A DNA stretch of 64,000 nucleotides, taken from NCBI GenBank assembly GCA_049976425.1, contig JBMFIG010000001.1, forward strand, positions 192,001 through 256,000, given 5' to 3'. The notes beneath the pieces were generated by a model, which did no database searches, had not been told where the DNA came from, and was given only the letters and a program-made list of their open reading frames with translations. The position numbers and the translations under genes were made by a program. Shown piece by piece: positions 58,548 through 64,000 of this stretch (position 1 is its first letter; each line of letters opens with the position of its first letter). The stretch comes from Thermoproteus sp. (GTDB lineage: Archaea > Thermoproteota > Thermoprotei > Thermoproteales > Thermoproteaceae).

Positions 58548-59444
58548 TCACCCTCGTTTAGCCCAGCTACTTCTCGATAGGAGCGTCCCCAAGTCCACCG
58601 ACCTGAGAGCGTCCTCCAACGGCCTCACGAGGGATAGCGGCACGTCCAGCTCCTCCGCCCGCCTCAACAGCTCGGCGCAGGATCTGCGCGAGGTTTCGCC
58701 CTCCACCTCGGCCACGGCAGTCGGATCGAGCATCCTAGCCTTGAGGTCGGGCCTCCCCAAGAGGTCGCAGAACCGCTCCCAGAACTTGGGCTCAACTGCG
58801 CCCAGCGCCACCCGGCCGCCTGCGCAACTGTAGACGTTGTAGTAGGGATATCCGCCGGTGAGTTGCGGCGCCCTGCCGTCGGCAATCTGGGCGAAGTTTA
58901 GGAGGTTCAAGAGATAGGCCACGCGCTCCATCGAGATCTCGAAGTAGCCGGGCCGTCCTGCGGCTATCGAGGCGGCGGCCGCGAACGCGGCCATGAGCCC
59001 CGTGGCCACGTCGACGCTTTGCGGGATCGGCGGCGCGTCTCTTAGATGTCCCGCGACCGCCGCGAAGTTTATGTCGTGGCCCGGCGCGTTGGACGACTCG
59101 TAGCCGGTCACCGCCACGTAAGTTATCGAGGGGTTCACCTTGCTGAGCTGTTCGTAGGATGCGCCGAGCCTCTCGGCGGCCGCCGGCCTGAAGCTCGTCA
59201 AGACGGCGTCGGCCCCCTTCACGAGGTCGTACAGGCTCCGCCTGCCCTCCTCCGTCTTTAGGTCGAGGACGACGACCTCCTTGCCTTCGTTGAGCAGTCG
59301 GTAGAGCGTCGGGCTGTAGGCCCTCATGGGGTCGCCGCCCGGCGGCTCCACCTTCACCACGTCGAACCCCCACTCGGCCAACAGCCTCCCGGCCAGGGGG
59401 CCCGGGTAGAGCACGGCCAGCTCCACAGCTCTGTACTTGGCCAT
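58548..59444 (-). CDS. CoA-transferase family III (CaiB/BaiF)
   Basis: PGP..G.LLA.WG.DVVKVEPP.GD.MR, LDLK, GHDINF. Confidence 0.92.
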   Translation of the reverse strand: MAKYRAVELAVLYPGPLAGRLLAEWGFDVVKVEPPGGDPMRAYSPTLYRLLNEGKEVVVLDLKTEEGRRSLYDLVKGADAVLTSFRPAAAERLGASYEQLSKVNPSITYVAVTGYESSNAPGHDINFAAVAGHLRDAPPIPQSVDVATGLMAAFAAAASIAAGRPGYFEISMERVAYLLNLLNFAQIADGRAPQLTGGYPYYNVYSCAGGRVALGAVEPKFWERFCDLLGRPDLKARMLDPTAVAEVEGETSRRSCAELLRRAEELDVPLSLVRPLEDALRSVDLGTLLSRSSWAKRG

Positions 59445-59471
59445 GCCGGAATATTGCCGCCCTCTTTAACG

Positions 59472-59735
59472 TCACCCGCCGCCGGGCCCCGCGATCTGCT
59501 GGACGGCCCTCTCGACGAAGTCGAGAACCTGCCTGATGTCGGAGATCACCTCGTCGACGTCGGAGTAGTCGACGAAATTGGGATCGAAGCCGTTGTAGGC
59601 GTACCTATGTAGCATCAACGCGGTCTTGACGGTTGCCTCGATCCCCTTAATGCCCAGGGCCTCGAGGTCCTTGGCGATCTTGACCAGGCCCGTGGTAAGC
59701 GCGGCGGGCATGATAGGCCAATCGGCTCTGGGCAT
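59472..59735 (-). pseudogene. PaREP1-family C-terminal fragment
   Basis: TTGL..IA..LE.LG...ALMLHRYAYNGFDP..DY pattern recalled for PaREP1 proteins; N-terminal half absent. Confidence 0.65.
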
Positions 59736-59763
59736 GGTCCGCTATGGCACCATCAGCGACTAC

Positions 59764-59931
59764 ATGGACCACACAGACTGGGTGAGACAGGCGCTGGAGA
59801 TGTGGGATAGGCGGATAGTCTACTACGAGGCTGGCGCAGGCAGAGGGATTGAGAAACCCGCAAGGCGGATCCGCTACAGGCGCGGGGAGGGGAAAAAGGA
59901 GGAGGTTTTCGGCTACGCCTTTGAGGACTAG
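59764..59931 (+). CDS. Possible small ORF / gene remnant
   Basis: MDHTDWVRQALEMWDRRIVYYE... 55 aa. Confidence 0.3.
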   Translation: MDHTDWVRQALEMWDRRIVYYEAGAGRGIEKPARRIRYRRGEGKKEEVFGYAFED

Positions 59932-60052
59932 ATGCCGGACGGCCTCGGACACCGATCTGAGCTCGCCCCTCCTCACCGTCGATTTTCCGGCACGCCTCCC
60001 ACGGCAGAAACGCCGCGACTGCCTTCTTCGGCTCTGCCCGTTTCTTGCCCAT
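59900..60052 (-). pseudogene. Frameshifted ribbon-helix-helix (CopG/Arc) protein
   Basis: MGKKRAEPKKAVAAFLPWEACRKID in one frame continues as VRRGELRSVSEAVRHLVLKG in another; break near 59977. Confidence 0.55.
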
Positions 60053-60111
60053 GGCCCGTCCATACAGTTCCTATTTTAGTTAGGAAAAGAACAAGCGGGA
60101 AAAAGGGGGGG

Positions 60112-60234
60112 TTAGGGACACAAAAGAATCGCCCGGCCGTCTGGATACCTTATTTCAAAGCACTCCTCCTCCAACTCCTCGACATTTCTCACAAATTCAT
60201 CTATCTCCTTCAGCAACCTCTCTTCACTGTCCAT
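60112..60234 (-). CDS. 40-aa acidic small protein
   Basis: MDSEERLLKEIDEFVRNVEELEEECFEIRYPDGRAILLCP followed by a pyrimidine-rich terminator-like tract. Confidence 0.5.
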   Translation of the reverse strand: MDSEERLLKEIDEFVRNVEELEEECFEIRYPDGRAILLCP

Positions 60235-60289
60235 GTGATCGCGGACGCGCCTCCGTTTGTCGAAAAGAAACAAGCCCACAGCTCTCCCC

Positions 60290-60370
60290 TCTACGTTTTT
60301 CCTGACCTTTCGTCGGATGTTCTTCCTGATTCAGGAAAAATGTACGGCGTTGAGTCAGGAAGAATGTAGA
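60290..60370. repeat. Symmetric four-site inverted-repeat element (consensus TTYTTCCTGA), centred at 60330
   Basis: TCTACGTTTTTCCTGAC (60290-306), ATGTTCTTCCTGA (60317-329), TCAGGAAAAATGT (60331-343), GTCAGGAAGAATGTAGA (60354-370). Confidence 0.8.
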
Positions 60371-60549
60371 ACGTGTTTACAAGCCGAGTTCTGGGAGATT
60401 TAGAACTGGCGATACGCCGCGGTAGCTGAAAGAGGGAGGCGCCGAGGCCAGTTCCAAATAAAAATTCAGAAATGGCAGGGGCGTAATCGGCGCAACTTGA
60501 TTCACGTCATTGTCAATTCATAATTAAGGGGATGTGTTTATGCGCTCAT

Positions 60550-60725
60550 GGGCTTGCAATAGCCCGCCCCGCCTCCGAGGGGGCAACGGGGGCGTCGCTG
60601 TGTTAATCCGCGCCTGCAGAAGGGGCGGCGCCGATCCTCCGGGCGGCCCCTCCCCGAGGGGCCATTAGGCGCCTCGGGGCCTCGTGCCCCCCGAGCCGCC
60701 CGGAGAGCAGAAAGGGGGCATCCTC
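60550..60725. other. GC-rich structured non-coding region (ncRNA candidate)
   Basis: Nested stems CTCCGGGCGGC/GCCGCCCGGAG and CCCCGAGG/CCTCGGGG; hairpin GGGCT/AGCCC. Confidence 0.4.
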
Positions 60726-60843
60726 GCGAAATCCTCGTATAGCTGGACAGCCAGTGGTCTAGACGGATAACCCCAATCCATGGCGCTATATAGAAGAGAT
60801 TTATTGACGGAAAAAATATATTGGAGATAATCCGGCCGATATT

Positions 60844-62418
60844 GTGAACATATATAACTTCCTTATGAAGGGCATCGAGCGGACCGATCTAGATCCGTTG
60901 AGGTTTAGACAGACTATCAGGCTCGCGCTCCTGGGCGGCGTCGCCTTAGCCGCCCTGGGCGCCTTCTTCACGCTGGCCAAGGCGTTTCCGTTGGGGCCGC
61001 TCTTCCTCGGGCTCGGCGTATTCCTCATATTCATGCCTAAGGTCATCATAAGGGTTAGGGCGACCTCCATAAGGGAGATGTTGAACATGGAGATCCCGTT
61101 CCTGACGGTGCTCGTGCAGATGACCTTCGCCACCAAGGCCCCTCTAGAGCTCGCCATACAGCGCATGATGAGATACAAGGAGCTACCGGGCATAAGGACC
61201 CTCGCCGCGACGGCTTGGAACAACACGAGGATGCTGGGCATGGAGCCGTTAGACGCCTTGAAACGCGCCGTCGAGAAGCTAGCCCCCCAGAAGCTCATCT
61301 ACCGCTTCAACTCGCTCTACACAGCGCTTAGAGTCGGCGAGGACATAATAGCGAAGCTCTCGCTGTATATGGACATGGACATGGTGGAGTTCTCCACAGG
61401 GATGCAGAGGAGGATGGACTCCCTCGTCTCGGCCATCTCGGCGACGATCGTGGGGCTTGCCATGGTGTCAGTCACGGCGATAGTTGTGGGGCGCGGGAAC
61501 GCCGGGGTCTTTATTTTGATGGGCGGATTGCTACCGGCCGTGATGGGGGCAGTGATGGGCTTGATCATCAACGTGCCTCTGTTGAAAATGGATTTCAGGA
61601 TATGGCCTCTAATATTCGCCTTGATATCCGGCGTAGCCATGATGGTCTTGGGCTTCTTCCTCAACTTCGGCATATACACGCCCCTCGCGGCCGCCGCCAT
61701 AGCGGGCCTCGGCTACTTCGTCACTAAGGAGAGAGTCAACGCGCGCTCCTTCGAGAGAGGGTTCATGGACTTCTCATACGTCGTGCTCGACGAGCTGAAG
61801 CGCTCCCCCTCGATCGTTAGAGCCATGGAGAACGCCGTCACCTACGGCAACTTCGGCGACTTCACCCCGAGGGCCGCCTCGATGCTCAACGCGATAAAGT
61901 CCGGCATGACGGAGCTGGAGGAGATCGTCGTGAGGGGCATGCAACCGATAATGGCTATAGTCGCCAGGATATTCTTCGACATACACAGGCTGGGCACTCT
62001 CCCCCGCTCCACAGTAGACCAGCTCCAGAACTTCGTCGCAAAGCTCTTCGATTATAGAGAGCAGTTGAGCAAAGCCTTAGGTATCGTGAGGCTCCTCGCG
62101 GTGCTGGGCGCCGCCATGGTGGCCTTCGTCAACGCCTCCATGATTATAATGAGCCAGGCCATGGCCGGCGTCGCTGGCGGCGGGCCCGTGCCAGCGGCCG
62201 GCCTCGGCGGAGGCGGCATAGGGATGAACTTCCTCTATCTGGCGTTCGGCATGTTGGCCATAGGCTACTACTTCCTCTTCGCCAAGGTGAGCTTCTCGAC
62301 GCGGGGCGGCCTTATATACCTATCGATTTTCTATCTAGCTATGTTCGTAGTAATAATGGTCACCACAAGCGTTCTGAAGCCGGCTAACGCAACGTCCTCC
62401 TCGGCTGGGTTGCCATGA
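60844..62418 (+). CDS. Type IV pilus / T2SS-F (TadC/ArlJ-like) membrane platform protein
   Basis: Two cytoplasmic domains separated by TM bundles; directly upstream of a VirB11 ATPase. Confidence 0.82.
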   Translation: MNIYNFLMKGIERTDLDPLRFRQTIRLALLGGVALAALGAFFTLAKAFPLGPLFLGLGVFLIFMPKVIIRVRATSIREMLNMEIPFLTVLVQMTFATKAPLELAIQRMMRYKELPGIRTLAATAWNNTRMLGMEPLDALKRAVEKLAPQKLIYRFNSLYTALRVGEDIIAKLSLYMDMDMVEFSTGMQRRMDSLVSAISATIVGLAMVSVTAIVVGRGNAGVFILMGGLLPAVMGAVMGLIINVPLLKMDFRIWPLIFALISGVAMMVLGFFLNFGIYTPLAAAAIAGLGYFVTKERVNARSFERGFMDFSYVVLDELKRSPSIVRAMENAVTYGNFGDFTPRAASMLNAIKSGMTELEEIVVRGMQPIMAIVARIFFDIHRLGTLPRSTVDQLQNFVAKLFDYREQLSKALGIVRLLAVLGAAMVAFVNASMIIMSQAMAGVAGGGPVPAAGLGGGGIGMNFLYLAFGMLAIGYYFLFAKVSFSTRGGLIYLSIFYLAMFVVIMVTTSVLKPANATSSSAGLP

Positions 62419-63905
62419 GCGCCACGCGCGGGCTAGGGTTCAGGCTGGAGCAGTGCCCCGGCATACCCGTCGAGGAGTACGGGGTCGAGGGCGCCAGGAT
62501 AACTATACATAAGTTCGAGGACGGCTTCTGCTACTCCGTCAACTACTCGTTCCCCTATTCGGACAAGGTGGGCGAGTACGTCTACAAGATAGTGGAGTAC
62601 CTCACCGCGAGGCAGGTGGTGAGGCCGGACATGACCAGGGAGGAGCTGGGCAAGCTCATAGACATGGCCATGGGCGATGTGGGCGTCCCCAAGCCGCTCA
62701 GGGCGCCCGTGCGTTTCTACGTGCAACTGGAGGCGGCCGACTACTCCTACCTCACCCCCCTCCTCTACGACGTACGGCTGGAGAACGTCAACATAAACGG
62801 TACCGACAGCCCCATATTTGTAGACCACAGAGACTACGGCTACAACATAAAGACCAACATAGTGCCGACCGACAAGGAGGTGATCTTGAGGATCATCAGC
62901 AGGGTGTACGCCGAGACCGGCAGGCCGTTGAACGAGCAGTACCCCATACAGGACACCTACCTGCGCCTCCCCAACGGGGCGCTTCTGAGGTTCGCCACGG
63001 CCATGTCGGGCAAGACGTCGCGCAACCCGCCCTACGTCTCGGTCCGTATCCAGCCGCCCGAGCCCATATCGCCCACCAAGCTCATAAAGAACAAGACCAT
63101 CTCGGCGCTGGGACTAGCCTATCTGTGGTACCTCTTCGAGAACCTCAAGTCCATAATGATAATAGGCGGCACCGGCTCCGGCAAGACGACGCTCCTCAAC
63201 GCGTTGCTGGTCCTGCTCCCCCACAAACGCATAGCGGTGGCTGAGGAGACCCCGGAGATACGCCTCCCCAAGAGCTTCACCAACTCCGTCCTCCTGTTCA
63301 CCTCGCCTCTCTACGACTACCAGAAGAACCTCCCCGGCTCGGAGTCTGCGATATACTTGATAGACCTCGTCCGCTTCCTCCTACGCGCCAGGCCGGACAT
63401 AGTGGTCATAGGCGAGAGCCGCGGCCGCGAGATACACGAGCTGATACAAGGCATATTGACGGGCCACGGCGGCGCAACGACCTTCCACGCCGAGGATATG
63501 GTCGAGGCCTTCATGAGGATGACCGGGGAGGCCATGGGCGTCTCCCCCGAACATATATCGGCTTTCAGCGCCGTCGCGGTCGTTAAGAAGTTCGACTGGG
63601 GCAGACGAGTTACCTCGCTTACAGAGGTAGTCTGGCTCAGGGCATATCCATACCCCGCCCTGAACAGGATAAAGATAAAGGAGGAGGAGTTCGGCTTGGT
63701 GGAGGTAGGTACCTACGACCGCAACCGGGACGCCTTCAATATAGATCTTAGACGGTCGTTCTGGTTGCAGAGGCTGGGCGGTATAGAGGAGGTCGCTGCG
63801 CGCGCCGAGCTTCTACAGGCGTTAGCCGACAAGGGGGTACTCGATGCGGAGGCTGTGGCCGAGGCCGTTAGGCAATACTATAGACTTAAGCGGAAGGCGC
63901 CGTGA
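62415..63905 (+). CDS. Type IV pilus assembly ATPase (VirB11/CpaF/ArlI family)
   Basis: GGTGSGKTTLLNAL, EETPEI, LRARPD..VIGESRG.E, TGHGG.TTFHA. Confidence 0.94.
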   Translation: MSATRGLGFRLEQCPGIPVEEYGVEGARITIHKFEDGFCYSVNYSFPYSDKVGEYVYKIVEYLTARQVVRPDMTREELGKLIDMAMGDVGVPKPLRAPVRFYVQLEAADYSYLTPLLYDVRLENVNINGTDSPIFVDHRDYGYNIKTNIVPTDKEVILRIISRVYAETGRPLNEQYPIQDTYLRLPNGALLRFATAMSGKTSRNPPYVSVRIQPPEPISPTKLIKNKTISALGLAYLWYLFENLKSIMIIGGTGSGKTTLLNALLVLLPHKRIAVAEETPEIRLPKSFTNSVLLFTSPLYDYQKNLPGSESAIYLIDLVRFLLRARPDIVVIGESRGREIHELIQGILTGHGGATTFHAEDMVEAFMRMTGEAMGVSPEHISAFSAVAVVKKFDWGRRVTSLTEVVWLRAYPYPALNRIKIKEEEFGLVEVGTYDRNRDAFNIDLRRSFWLQRLGGIEEVAARAELLQALADKGVLDAEAVAEAVRQYYRLKRKAP

Positions 63906-64000
63906 TACTTTACGGGACGCCTGAGGGACTATTAAAGGCCTTGGAGGAGGAGATCACAAATCTACTGTCTCTAAAAGGCAAAGATCCGCATCTGGATAAA
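63902..64000 (+). CDS. Hypothetical protein, 5' part (continues beyond window)
   Basis: GTGA overlap with the ATPase stop; MILYGTPEGLLKALEEEITNLL... open to the window end. Confidence 0.6.
   Translation, partial: MILYGTPEGLLKALEEEITNLLSLKGKDPHLDK

Noticed and set aside
59932-60369. 145-aa plus-strand ORF
   Set aside because: Atypical composition; it is antisense to the RHH remnant and the 40-aa ORF and spans the palindrome.
60451-60481. ORB-like string GTTCCAAATAAAAATTCAGAAATGGCAGGGG
   Set aside because: Single weak match with no orc1/cdc6 gene nearby.
60550-60725. Assignment as type-T RNase P RNA or permuted SRP RNA
   Set aside because: GCAGAAAGGGGGC resembles the RNase P 3' conserved region, but no upstream GAGGAA..CCCC partner is present and the SRP helix-8 CAGG/GNRA motif is absent. 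Kept only as an unassigned candidate.
1-64000. tRNA, rRNA, CRISPR array, transposase or integrase
   Set aside because: No T-arm/cloverleaf, regularly spaced repeats or transposase/integrase motifs were seen by eye; split or heavily intron-containing tRNAs cannot be fully excluded.

Overview
This is a GC-rich, gene-dense crenarchaeal chromosome segment. Gene content, leaderless genes with upstream TATA boxes and a PaREP1 remnant point to Thermoproteaceae, probably Thermoproteus (inference). In order it carries: a PadR regulator and a repeat-rich surface protein; a nitrogen-assimilation cluster (split glutamate synthase, glnA, Ntn amidotransferase, two-subunit NAD synthetase); transporters; tRNA-modification genes (thiI, pus10, degenerate trmY); SRP54; glmS; rpoE'/spt4; ribosomal, TFS, PCNA, primase and GINS genes; an acyl-CoA/thiolase-DUF35 catabolic cluster; and a type IV pilus platform plus ATPase. 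Several features are missing from the ORF track: the surface protein, rpl39e, a 50-aa RING-like zinc-finger ORF and a C/D box sRNA whose D guide matches a tRNA-Lys(UUU) anticodon loop. The most unusual regions are three. (i) A 37.3-42.1 kb co-directional cluster with AT-rich patches encodes a minimal Fe-S XPD-like helicase coupled to a membrane-anchored HerA/VirB4-like ATPase, plus a wHTH protein, an M48 protease and the RING-like protein. (ii) A 59.5-60.8 kb accessory region holds decayed PaREP1 and RHH genes, a symmetric four-site 81-bp palindrome and a GC-rich structured RNA candidate. (iii) An MFS gene is inactivated by a (TAGC)3 slippage repeat. I saw no tRNA, rRNA or CRISPR array.
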